From the human T2T-CHM13v2.0 reference genome, Homo sapiens, in NCBI RefSeq assembly GCF_009914755.1, contig NC_060932.1: 64,000 bases of DNA; one strand, written 5' to 3'. Of the stretch, positions 11,911 through 24,458 are shown in pieces. Each line of letters opens with the position of its first letter. Position 1 is the stretch's first letter. The notes beneath the pieces are model-generated. The model was not told the DNA's origin. It did no database searches and was given only the letters and a program-made list of their open reading frames with translations. Both the position numbers and the translations under genes were made by a program.

Positions 11911-13412
11911 TTGTGTGCCTCTGGTCAACTCTAAGGATGACAGACACTGTGTAACAACACCTGGGTCAACTCTTTTAATTTATATACAAAGCAAAGAACA
12001 ACATTAATGGAGATGCACAATGATTATTCAAACAAGCTATATATATGTACAAAGGCAAACAGACACATAACAGTCTCTGCAGACTGATTGTATATAGTAA
12101 GAAAAGATCAAAAGACTTTAAAACCTAAATGACTTTTGACATACAAACTCTTCTTGAGAATGTTTGTTGTAAATGGTTTCAAAAATACAAATTATAGCCA
12201 ATCAAAACATTGCTTTGGTTGGTGCATTTAAGTATCCAACTCAAAAAGCATATCAAATATTTTGGGTACTAGGCAGTTTCCAAAGTAGCATGGTAGTATT
12301 ACTTGTTAAAAGGGTTCTGTTTTCATTAACAGTACTAAGTGGAAGGGATCTGCAGATTCCAAATTGGAATAAGCTCTATCATATTCTGAAACAAGAATTA
12401 GAATGACTTGAGAACGGGCAAATAACAAAGCAAACCAATATAATTATATGGTCATTCTGACCCCAGCTCTTATACAAATTATACATGTATTTTTGTGTAT
12501 GTTTGTGAGAGTTGTATGTATGTGAATGTGTGTGAGTGTGTATTCACATACACATATATACTGGAACCTATAGTAGAAAAGGAAACTAGTAGGGCCAAAA
12601 AAAAAAAGAAAAAGAAAAAGAAAAAAGAAAAAAAAAGAAAAAACTGGGACCTAAGTATAAATATCTCATCCTAAAGTAAACAATAAGTTTATAGTTAACG
12701 AAGATTTTTTTCTATTTAAAACCCCATTTTCCTAAAGAACAAAGTAGTAAAATAAAAAAAAATTTAAAAAATTAAAAAATAAAAAAAAGAGGTCACTAAA
12801 AGACCAAGATGGGAAACGTAACATGGAATACAAGCTTGAATCTGGGAAACAAGCTCAAAAAACAGTGAAAAAAAAAGTACTGGTTTAGGAGTTCAAAATT
12901 CAGTGAAACAAACTTTTTGCCAATAGACCTAGGGATCTAAGAAATAGAATTAGGGAGAGTTTACACTTACTTACCTATATATCAGCAGATTTTTCTGGAA
13001 GAAACCCTTTTTTTTTTTTTTTTTAAACAGTAACATCCAGAGTGACAAATTGCAGGAGATTTAATGTATAAAATTTCTAGGAATTAAAAGCTTAAACCCA
13101 AAAATTGTTCATCCATATATAAGAAATTATCGAATTAAAACTTAATGTATGTCAATTATTTTCAAATGTCTAAATTCCTTTGGAAATAAAAATATCAGTT
13201 TTACTTTGAAATTGCTCAACTTCTGCTATTCATATGGTCTGATTAGTGACATAAGTAGCAGCCGTTTTTCAACTTCAGTTTCATTCACTACCATTGTTTC
13301 CAAATTATCAATCTCTGCTAGTAATTATGAATTTAAGACCATATTATTATCAAAAACCTAGAGACCAATCATATATCTGAAAAGAAATACCCATTAAAAA
13401 TTCTGCCTCCTG

Positions 13413-13418
13413 TTTATT
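13413..13418 (-). terminator. C8orf88: Probable C8orf88 polyadenylation signal
   Basis: TTTATT on + (AATAAA on -), ~510 nt downstream of the C8orf88 stop. Confidence 0.6.
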
Positions 13419-13929
13419 GAGAACTATGCATTGAACATTCTGAATCATTCTAAGCCTCTGGAGAGACTGTAATGATCCATTCATGAGCTGGTATGAAATC
13501 AGTGGGAAGCAGAACAACAGAAGGAACTTTAAAAGCAACAAGCAATTATGTACCATAAATACACTGTAGCAAATATTTTATATTTGAGAGTCTTTACAGC
13601 TTACATTTCCATTCCATTATTACAAGTGATGAAAAACAAAAAATTGCAAGTAGTATGCAAATTATAAATATACAGTCTTCCCACTTCACTAACCAAATTC
13701 CTACTTTCCAGTGTTACTTCCCAATTTATGCAGGAAACCTCCTGCAAAGCTGAAACTGATTAGAAAATTCTTTATATTTTAAAATAGCTCTTTCTCATTT
13801 TTAGAGAAGTCAAATAGCCAACCATCAAAATTAAGAATAAATTGAATTGTCACAGTCCATTACAGTTATTGTTGCTAGATCCACCTCATTTGCAGATGTC
13901 CAAACTTAAATTCATCTGTTCTTAAAATG

Positions 13930-13953
13930 CTACTTAAAACTTTGGTTGTTTTC
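13930..13953 (-). CDS. C8orf88: C8orf88 last coding segment
   Basis: Minus strand: ttacag|GAA AAC AAC CAA AGT TTT AAG TAG = ENNQSFK*. Confidence 0.9.
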   Translation of the reverse strand, partial: ENNQSFK

Positions 13954-14295
13954 CTGTAATATAAAAGAAAAAGTTAATTTATCAATTGATTGAATACAGT
14001 TTTTACTAATTAGTTTATCAAACCAAATACTGTGAACGTACCAGGTGTTTACAGATTTAAATGCATGTTACCATAGAAACTATTAAAGTAACTAGAACTG
14101 TCAAATAACAAAACGGCTCATGTTTTTAAAATATATGTAACTCATTTTAAAATATATTAAATTGTATTCCAAACCTGTTCTTCTGTTTCTGTGGCACCTA
14201 GGTTTAAAATATGTATTAATGTGTAAATCACAAGTAAAATGAATTCTAATGTACAAGTTTGTTTTAAAAAGTGTATGTCAAGCTTTTATTTACAC

Positions 14296-14301
14296 AATAA
14301 A
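14296..14301 (+). terminator. NECAB1: Probable distal NECAB1 polyadenylation signal
   Basis: AATAAA at the end of the repeat-poor UTR-like block. Confidence 0.6.
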
Positions 14302-15610
14302 ATGTTATTAAAGATGGAAAGTCTACAAATGAAAAAGTGACTATAGTTTATATAGCACTGAAGTTTACATTTATTCTTACAGACCATGGATTACATATCC
14401 CAAAGATCTTTGAACCGGTGGGAAAGTTGAAACATCAAGTACATTTTTTCTTATTTAATATTTATGCATGAGAAGTATTATAAAAAATTTTAATTCCTGC
14501 TTTAATTAACTTTAAAAAGAATTGGCTAGAGATCTAAAGTTAGGGAGTTTAAGAAATATTAATATAAACTATGAACAACATAATGTTTTTTAAAAATTAT
14601 AATTTGAGGAAAAAAATACTATGAATTCCAAAGAATTAGAATACCAAAAATGGAGATAGAAGGTAGTAGTGTTTATCTCCCATTCGAACTGTTCTCAGTA
14701 TACCTATATTCTGAATCTCATTTCAGAAGAGTCCTAGCTGCCTTTACCTATATAAAGGTATTTACGAAAACTCTAATAGGAAGTTAAATTCCAGTCAAAT
14801 GTAAGTAGAGACCACAAAGAATGGGAATCATTTACTAAAAGCATAATGAGAGAAAGGTATCATACTCAGTAATCTCATGCATTATTTTATTAATCCTAAC
14901 AGCCAGAGATTATCATCCTTATCAGCAATTGCAAAACTTATCATCCTTATCAGCAATTCAATGAGGTTAAGTGACTTGTCCAAGTTCGAACTACCGGTAC
15001 ACAGAATGGAGCTACAATTTGAAGCCATGTCTGATGACAAAATCCATGTCCTTTCCAATGAATATCCTAAGAGATGCATGTATGTATTTATTATGTGTAT
15101 TTATTTAGATGGAATTTGATAAGGTAACACAGAAATATAAAGGGCTAAGAATAGCAAAGACATGTTAAAGAAAAATACATGAGATGATTTGTTATAATGT
15201 ATAAAAAGACTAATTGAACAGAATGGATAGCCCATTAACAGACCATGCATACATTGCCACAAAGATGTCAGAGAAGTACCCTTTCAATAAATATTTTTAA
15301 AATGACTGGATATCTATGTAGAAAAAGGTAAAACTTGATGCCCACCTCACATCATAGAGTAAAATTAATTCCAGGTGGACAATATAATTTAATTGAAAAA
15401 ATAAAACTTTTAGAGTATGGGATAATATTTTCATGACCTTTCAATTAAAAATATTTCTTAAACAAAATACAGCTATTCCATTCTATTTTTTGAACAGAGT
15501 TACTTTATAATAATTGGTTATATCTTTAGATTTTTGTAGTTTTCTGAATTACTTATATCTTATAATAAGGAAGGTTAAAAATCTAGAGGTAGATTCTGAT
15601 GAAAATGTTA

Positions 15611-15787
<177 letters not shown>

Positions 15788-16279
15788 TCAAATGTAATGT
15801 TAGGAAATGTAGGGCTGTCTAGATCACTTTTTGGTTCATTTCTTTCTGGATGTCCTCTATTCATTATATAAAATGATGAGTCGTGTGTCTATGCAAAAGA
15901 GAAGGAGAAAAAAGGCTTTGACAAGCATCTACTGCCTCCAATTCTCCTTTTACATAGAAAGAAAACCAAGTAACCAAGGAAACAATGAAAGAAATATAAT
16001 TAAGAAAATGGGAAATGCATGGCTTTTTTCATCTGGTTATTCAGGTCTAGTAAAATGATCTTGTGTAAAATATAACCACAGTAATAACTATTGGGCAATT
16101 CAGATCTGCCAAAATGTTACTTTAATGAGTCTATCAAGTCTCAATCAATACTAAAAACTTAACACAATAAAAATAAATTCAAGAAACATTTATTGTACAT
16201 CTTACTATGTATCAGGAACTGTGCTAGGTAATAATGAATAGGACCCAAGATAGGGCCCCTATCTTCAAGGAGAACAATG

Positions 16280-17040
16280 TTTCAAATATCTGCAGATTTC
16301 AAATCAGAAATGATTACCAGAAACAATCACCAAGACAGATTATATGCTGTCCCAGAAGACAATGGAATAATATTTTTAATGTGCTAAAAGAAAAGAACGG
16401 TAACCCAGAATTTCATGTCCAGTGGGGGGAAAAAACCCTCAGAAATACATGTGAAGGAAAGACATTTTCAGATAAAGTAAAACTGAAAGAATCCATCACT
16501 AGCAGATGTGACCTTCAAGAAATGCTAAAGGAATTTCTACAGGCTGAAGGGAATTATACTAGATGGAAACTTTACTGTTCAGAAATGAAGAGCAAAAGAG
16601 ATGGTAAATAGGTGGGTAAGTATAACAGATTCCTTTTTTTCTCTAAGTTTTATTTTAAGAAATATGTATTACTGTTAAAAGCAAAAGCCGCCACAGATAA
16701 TATATAGATGAAGGGTGTGGCTATGTTTCAATACATTTTTATTTATAAAAACAGGAATTGGTCTGTAAACCATAATTTACTGACCCCCTAAACATTACAT
16801 TAAAGACTACAAATTGACAGAGTGGATTTAAAAAATAAGAAGACCCTATTATATGCTGTCTGCAAGAGACACATATTAAATATAAAGGCATATAAGTTGA
16901 AAGTAAATGGATATAAAAAGATACACATGAAAAGACTAGGAATAAGAAGGGTTGAATTACTATCCTTACATCCTATCAACTAACAGGTAACAATTATTAA
17001 TGTGTTGTTCCTAATACACAGTTCTGAAATACATCGAGGA
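16280..17040 (+). mobile_element. Old L1M fragments (ORF1 end/ORF2 start) with a MER58-like hAT remnant at ~16680-16790
   Basis: ORF 16234-16611 resembles decayed ORF1p (RRQWNNIFNVLKEKN...DLQEMLKEFL); gggtgtggctatgtttcaatac...tttactgacccc resembles MER58. Confidence 0.65.
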
Positions 17041-18909
17041 AAAATTAACTTACCAAAAATTTTGGGTCTGGCTTCTTTCATTTAACATTTTTGAGGTTCA
17101 TCCTTAATCTGGAACATTCTACGTAGCCAAACCATCAATCAAGTGTGAGAACAGAATAAAGATATTTTCAAATATGCAAACTCAAAGAATTCACCAACCC
17201 AATACCCTTTTTTCACGAAACTCCTGGAGAATGTACTTGAGCAAAATGAGGACATAAATCAATAAAGAAGAAAACATAAAATTCAAGAAATGGAGGTAAG
17301 TGAAGTCAGGGAAAATAGCCAAGTAGAGAACTCTAAAAGTCTTTCACTCCACAAAAACAACAAGTAAGCTCATAAAAACTGTCAGAATCAACTTTCTCAG
17401 AACCCTGGACTCTAACCCAAAGCCTGTAAAAACCAGGGGAATACTTAGTGAAGAAAAAAAAATAGCTAAATTTGGGAAAAATTTTGTGGCATTTAACTTA
17501 CCTGGGACCATCCCCCAGATAGGCCATGGCCTTGAAGACAACAGCCCTCATTACTTTTATAGGTTCCCAGAACTGGAGGGAGTAGTACAGACTTTATTCT
17601 CAAAAAATTATGATTATTTGTTTTGACCTTTCTTATAGTTCCCTGAGGAACCATCTTGAGAAGCTTGCCTGTACTTCACACCTAACTAAGAATTCTCCTA
17701 GCATTAAAGCTGCTGCCCAAAGTCCATTTGTCCAAACATTTACAGGAAAATGTATCAGTTGCTTCCACCTGAGACAAGGGATAACAATTGGAGCAAACAT
17801 TAGGCATACCAAAAAGTTTCGGAGGAAAAACTGAAAAAACAGGATGCTTTGAGGTAGAAGGGCAGTGAAAGAATCCCAAATATTCTTTCTAGAAGCCCAC
17901 ATGCATGTCAAAGCTAGGCTCATGTTCACAGAAAAACTTGAGAAGATCCTAAGCACTCACTCCTGGCTGACTTTCAGATTCCTACCAAGCAGGAAATGAA
18001 GGTGAAGGCAGAATTGAGGTAATACCTCAAAATACATAGAGGCCTTATGCAAAGGCTGAAAGAGGGGCTTCTTTGTTTTTCAGTTTGGTATGGTTCTAGC
18101 CATTGAAGGCAATTATGTCAAATCACCAGCTGACCACTAAGATAACAGAACAGAGACTTCCATGGTCATGCATGACAAAGAATATAGATTTTACAATATT
18201 AGTTTGGAAAAGTCACTAAGCTAACAACAACTACTACAACAAAGAGCAACAACAAACCCAAGGGAAGGAAGAAAATCTGACTTCCAGAGCAGCCACATTT
18301 ATAACATTCAAAATGTCCAGTTCTCAACCACCACAACAAAAATTATAAAGCATGCAAAGAATGAAGAAAGGATGGGCTCATTCACTGGAAAAAAAGAAAT
18401 AGAAATTTTCAGTAAGGAAGCCAAGACATTGAATTTACTTGTGAAAGGCTTTCAATATACTATTTTAAATATGCTCAAAGAGCTAAAGAAAATTATGAGA
18501 AGAGTGTCTCATTAAATAGAGAACATCAATAAAGAGATGGAACTTATAAGAAGAAGCCAGATAGAAATTATTGAGAAGTACAATAACGGAAATGACAAAT
18601 TCATGAGAGGGTTTCAACAGCAGATTTGAGCAGGTGGAAGAAAGAATCAGCAAATTTAAAAGGAATTCAATTAACATTATTCAGTCTGAGGAGTAGAAAG
18701 AAAAAAGAATAAAGAAAATGAACAGAGCCTAAGACACTTATGGATTACCATCAAGCATACCAACAAATAAATAATGGGAGTCCCAGGAGAAGAGAGAGAA
18801 AAAGGAGAAGAAATGATATTTGAAGAAATCGTGGAATAAAATTTCCAAAATTTAACAACAAAAAAAGAATCTATACATCTAAGAAGTTCAACAAACTACA
18901 AATAGAATG

Positions 18910-19121
18910 CAGACAACCCCCAACTTATGATGGTTTGACTTACAATTGTTTGACTTTATGATGATGTGAAAGCAATTCAAGATTTCCAACTTTAAGCACT
19001 GGTGATTCTGTGACCAAAGACTCTCTGGGCCAAAGACTCTCATAACCAACATATTATATTTTCAACTTATGATGGGTTTATTGGGAAGTAATCCCACCAT
19101 AAATTAAGGAGCATCTATCTG
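18910..19121 (-). mobile_element. MER47-like (Tigger-family) MITE inside the L1
   Basis: Termini cagacaacccccaacttatgatgg ... ccaccataaattaaggagcatct resemble MER47 TIRs. Confidence 0.7.
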
Positions 19122-21019
19122 TATAATAAAAGAGATTCTTCACACATAGATACATCATAATCAATCTGTCAATGAAAATCTTGAGGTCAGAAAGACAGTA
19201 GCAATTCATCACTTACAAGAGATTATCTATCAGATAAACAGCTGATTTCTCATCAGAAACTATGGATGTCAGAAGTCATGTGATGACATATTTAAAGTGC
19301 TGAAATCAAAAACATGTCAATCAAGAAATCTATATCTGACAAAAGCTCCTTCAAAAATGAAGCAGAAATGGAGACATTCACAGATAACCAAATACTGACA
19401 GTTTACTGCTTGTAAACTTGTCTTACAAGAAATGCTAAAGGGAATCCTTCAGACTTAAAGGATAGTACACAACTAAAATCCACATGAGGAAATAAAGAAC
19501 ACCAGTAAATGTAACTACACAGGTAAATATAAAAGCATCAATAAATTTTCAGTATGAAATTCATCCTTTTCTCCCATATGATTTAAAAGACAAGTGCATA
19601 CAAATGCATAATTATAAATCTAGGTTGATATATTACAGAATGTGTAAAGATGTAATTTATGACAACAACAACATAAAGGTGACTTTAGAAATATATATAG
19701 GAGCAATGTTTTATATAACATTGGAACTAAGTTGATATTAATTCAAACTAGTTTGTTATATATTAAATTAATACCCAACACAGCAACTAGGAACATAAAA
19801 AATATAGTAAAGCAAACTAAAAGGATATAAAAATAGTATACTAGAAAATATCTATTAAACACAAAAATATAATGGAGGAATTAAGTAACAAAAAAAGACG
19901 TATAGAAGACAAATAGCAAAATGGGAAGATTAAGTCCTTTTTTATCAGTTAATTACATTAAATGTAAATGTACTAAACTTTTCAATTATTATAAAAGGCA
20001 GAGATTGGTAGAATGAATTTTTAAAAATCATCTAATTATATTCTGTCTACAAGAGACTCATTTTGGATCCAATGACAAAAATAAGTTGAAACTGAAAGAC
20101 TGTAAAAGATATTCAATTCAAGCAGTAACCAAAAGAGAGCTGAAGTGAGTATACTAACATTAGACAAAAATAGACATTAAGACAAAAATTGTTATAAGAG
20201 ACAATGGACATTTATGCCATGATAAAAGCATCAATTCATCAAGAAGATATAAGAATTGTAAGCACATATATACCCAACAACAGAAAGAAAAACACAGAAT
20301 TAAGCACAGAAATGGACATTTTAACATTAATAACTGGAGACTACAATATCCCATTCTCAATATTGGATAGGAAAACTTAACAGAAGATCAACAAGAAAAC
20401 AGAATATGAACACCACAACCCAACTAACCTAATTACATATATACAACACTTTACCCAACAACAGCAGAATATACATTCTTCTGAAGCACACATGGAACCA
20501 CAGCACACATGTTCCACACACATGGAACATTCTCCAGGATGAACTCATATGTTAGGCCACAAAAGAGTCTCAATAAATTTAAAAAAGATTCAAATCATAC
20601 AAAGTATGCCCTATGACCACACTGAAATAAAACTAGAAATCAAAACCAGAAGTAAACTGGAAAATTCACAAATATGTGTAAATTAAAACACACTCTTATA
20701 CAGCCAATGCATCAAAGAATAAACAACAGGGGACTTAGAAAATATGTGACAAATGAAAGCAAAGTCACAACATATCAAAATTTATGAGATGCAGCAAAAA
20801 CAGTGTTCAGATCATAGTTTATAGCTATAAATGTCTATATTAAAAAAGAAGAAATAACTCCATATCTAACATTACACATTAAGGAACTAGGAGAAAAGAG
20901 CAAACTAAATCAAATACTAGAAAAAAATGAACTAAATAATAAAGATCAGAGTGAAGAGAAATGAAATAGAGACTATAAAAACAACAGAGAAAATCAGCAA
21001 AATCAAAAGTTGGTTTTTT

Positions 21020-21502
21020 CAACCCAAATGTCCAACAATGATAGACTGGATTAAGAAAATGTGGCACATATACACCATGGAATACTATGCAGCCATAAAA
21101 AATGATGAGTTCATGTCCTTTGTAGGGACATGGATGAAATTGGAAATCGTCGTTCTCAGTAAACTATCGCAAGAATAAAAAACCAAACACTGCATATTCT
21201 CACTCATGGGTGGGAACTGAACAATGAGAACACATGGACACAGGAAGGGGAACATCACACTTTGGGGACTGTTGTGGGGTGGGGGGAGGGGGGAGGGATA
21301 GCATTGGGAGATATACCTAATGCTAGATGATGAGTTAGTGGGTGCAGTGCACCAGCATGGCACATGTATACATATGTAACTAACCTGAACATTGTGCACA
21401 TGTACCCTAAAACTTAAAGTATAATAATAATAATAATAATAATAAAGAATTCACCAACCAAGTCTCTGCTGTCTTTAGGCGACTCACCAAAAAAAAAAAA
21501 AA
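21020..21502 (+). mobile_element. 5'-truncated young L1PA (L1PA2/3-like) with a 3' tag
   Basis: Low-divergence L1PA ORF2 end (PKCPTMIDWIKKMWHIYTMEYYAAIKNDEFMSF) and 3'UTR with GAG (not the L1HS-Ta ACA) diagnostic; exact 15-bp TSD aaaagttggtttttt at 21005-21019 and 21499-21513. Confidence 0.95.
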
Positions 21503-21677
21503 GTTGGTTTTTTGAAAAGATAAAAACTAAAAAACCTTTACCAAGACTGATTAGGAAAAAAATGACTCAAATTACTAAAATAATAAACAACAATGGTCTT
21601 GCATCCTGCAACTTTGTTGAATTTATTTTTATTAGCTCTAATAGTTTATGTGAATTCTCTAGGATCTTCTATATACA

Positions 21678-21895
21678 CAGATGCTTCTCAACTTACAATG
21701 GAGTTATATCCTAATAAACCCATTATAAGTTAAAAATAGCAAAAGATGAAAATGCATGGCTGACTAGAAGTGGCATCTTGCTGATGCTGCCCAGCATCAT
21801 GAGAAAAGTACAGTTTCTACTGAACAGATATTGTTTTTGAACTATCGTAAAATCAAAAACTCATAGGTCAAACCATCCTAATTGGGGAACATCTG
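21678..21895 (+). mobile_element. MER47-like MITE
   Basis: cagatgcttctcaacttacaatgg...ccatcctaattggggaacatctg followed by TA. Confidence 0.75.
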
Positions 21896-23574
21896 TATAG
21901 GACTGTGTTCTCTGTGAATAGAGATGCTTTTACTTCATCTTTCCCAACTTAAATACCATTTATCATTTTTCTTGCCTAACTGCTATGGCTAGAACTTTCA
22001 ACATAACATTGAAAAAAGAAACAGTGAAAGTGGGCACCCTTATCTTGTTCTTGATGGCGTGTTGTGTTTTGTCAAATGCTTTTTCTTCAATTGAGTTGAT
22101 CATGTGTTTTCCCCTGAATCCTGTTAATGTGGTGTATTATTACTGATTTTGATATGTTGACTCACCCTTGCATTCTTGAGATTAATCCCACTTGGACATG
22201 GTATATAATCTTTTTACTATGTTGATAATAAAAAGTTGTTAGTATTTTATTGAGAATTTTTGTATCTATATTTGAAGGGATATTGGCTACAGTTTTCTTT
22301 TCTTCTGATGTCTTTGCCTTTGGGTATCAGAATAATACTGGCCTCACTGGAAGTGTTACCCCTCTTCATGTTTTTGGGAATAGTTTGAGGATTAGTGTTA
22401 ATTGTTCTTCAAGTGTTTAGTAGACAAGTGTTTAGTAGAATTTACTGGTGAGAAGCAATCTAGTCCTGAACTTTTCTTTGTTGGGAGGTTTTTAATTACT
22501 AATTCAATCTTCTTACTTGCTATAGGTTTGTTCAGATTTTATATTTCTTCTTGAGTTAGTTTTGGTAAATTCTGTGTTCCTAATAATTTTTCTATTTTAT
22601 GTAGGTTATCTAGTTTTTGGCATACAACTAACTGTTCATAATATTCTCATAATGTTTTTCATTTTCATAAATTCATAGTAATGTCCCCCATGAAATAAAT
22701 TTATTTTATATATGATCAATGAATAATAAAAAGATTCCATTTACAATAGCATCAAAAAGAATACAGTACTTAGGAATAAATTTAACCAAGGAGGTACATG
22801 ACTTGTACACTGAAAACTGTAAAATATTGCTAAAAGAAGTTAAAGAATACCTAAATGGGAAGATTTCTTATATTTATGGATTGTCAGATTTAATATTGTT
22901 AAGTTGGCAATATTCCTCTCAAAGTGATCTATAAATTCAACGCTATCCCTATCAAATTTCTAATGGCCTCTTTTGCAGAAATGGAAACGTTGATCTCAAA
23001 ATATCAAATGGAATTGCAAAGACCCCTAAACAGCCAGAACAATTTGGAAAAAGAACAAAGTTAGAAGACTTACACTTCCCAATTTTAACAGTTACTACAA
23101 AGCTATAGTAATCAAAAAAATGTGGTACTGACATAAGGGCAGGCATATAAAACAAGAGAACAGAATTAAGAGTCCAGGAATAAACACATTAAACACATAC
23201 ACCTATAGTCAACTGATTTTCAACAAAGGTGCCAAGTCCATTCAATGAAAAAAGAATAGCCTGTTTTACAAATTACAATGGGACAAGTGGATACCCACAT
23301 GACAAACAATGAAGTTGGACTTTTATTTCCCATCATATATAAAAATTAACTCAAAATAGATAAAAGACCTAAATGCCAGAGCTAAAACTATAAAACTCTT
23401 AGAAGGAAACGGGTAAATCTTAATGACCTTAGATTTGGCAATGATTTGTTAGATATGACACCAAAAACACGAGCAACAAAAGGAAAAATAGTTAAAATTC
23501 ATCGAAGCTAAAAAATTTGTGCATTAAGACACCCTATCAAGAGAATAACACAATCTCCAGTAGAGAATGAAAAG

Positions 23575-23614
<40 letters not shown>

Positions 23615-24303
23615 CTGGAAGGAGAATGGTGGCAGGAAGGAGAATAATAGATAATAGATAAGAGTCTAATATCCAGAAGTCTTGCAACTCAATAACAAAA
23701 CAACTCAATAACAAACAACCCAGTTAAAATATTGTTAAACAACTTGAATAAAGCATTTATCCAAAAAAGAAATAGAAATAGCCAACAAGCACACGAAAAA
23801 ACAGTATCATAATCATAAGAAAATGCAAATCAAAACCACAATGAGATACCACTTGTCACCCACTAGGATTGCTTATAATAAACAGAGATAATAATAGCAA
23901 GAATATTGAGAGGTTGGAAACCCTAGTACCTTGCAACTAAGAATGTAAAATGGTAGAACTGCTGTGAAAAACAATTTGGCAGTTCCTTAAAATGTTAAAC
24001 ACACAACTACCAATGATCCAGCAAGTCGGCTCCTAGGTATATGCCTGAGAGAAATGAAAACAAGTGTTGAAACAAAAACTTGTACGCAAATGTCCACAGC
24101 AATATTATTCACAATAGCCAAGAAGTGAAAACAACTCAAATGTGTGTCAGTTGAGAAATGGATAACAAAATGTGGCATAATCCACACAATGGAATATTAT
24201 TTAGTCATAAAAAGGAATAAACTACTAATAGTGCTAAAACATGATGAACCTTGAAAACCTTATGGAAAGTGATAGAAGCCAGACACAAAAGGTCACATAT
24301 TGT

Positions 24304-24458
24304 TCACAAGAGAAAGGTAAATGTGATGGATATCTCAATTACCCTTATTTGATCATTACACATTGTACATAGTTATGAAAATATCACGTGCCCTCAATTA
24401 TTTTAATTGATATAAAATATGTACAGCTATTATATATCAATTTAAAAAATAAATTGAA
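24304..24458 (+). mobile_element. Short L1MA-type 3' end inserted in the older L1
   Basis: tgatcattacacattgtac...tatatcaatttaaaaaataaa; 17-bp TSD aaaaggt(c/g)acatattgt at 24287-24303 and 24459-24475. Confidence 0.8.

Larger units (their letters stand above)
10438..14320 (+). other. NECAB1: NECAB1 long 3'UTR (end inferred)
   Basis: Transposon-poor AU-rich stretch after the stop; AATAAA at 14296-14301 preceded by UGUA elements. Several more proximal AATAAA also exist. Confidence 0.7.

Noticed and set aside
12597-12790. A-rich tracts as a retrocopy tail or true poly(A) site
   Set aside because: No upstream retroposed body or TSD is visible; genomic A-runs here mainly risk oligo-dT internal priming artefacts.
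17184-17199. 16-bp match (aaagaattcaccaacc) to the start of the L1PA 3' tag as a local template
   Set aside because: Similarity ends after 16 nt, and the full tag is better explained as L1 EN-like sequence from elsewhere; a local contribution is not strictly excluded.
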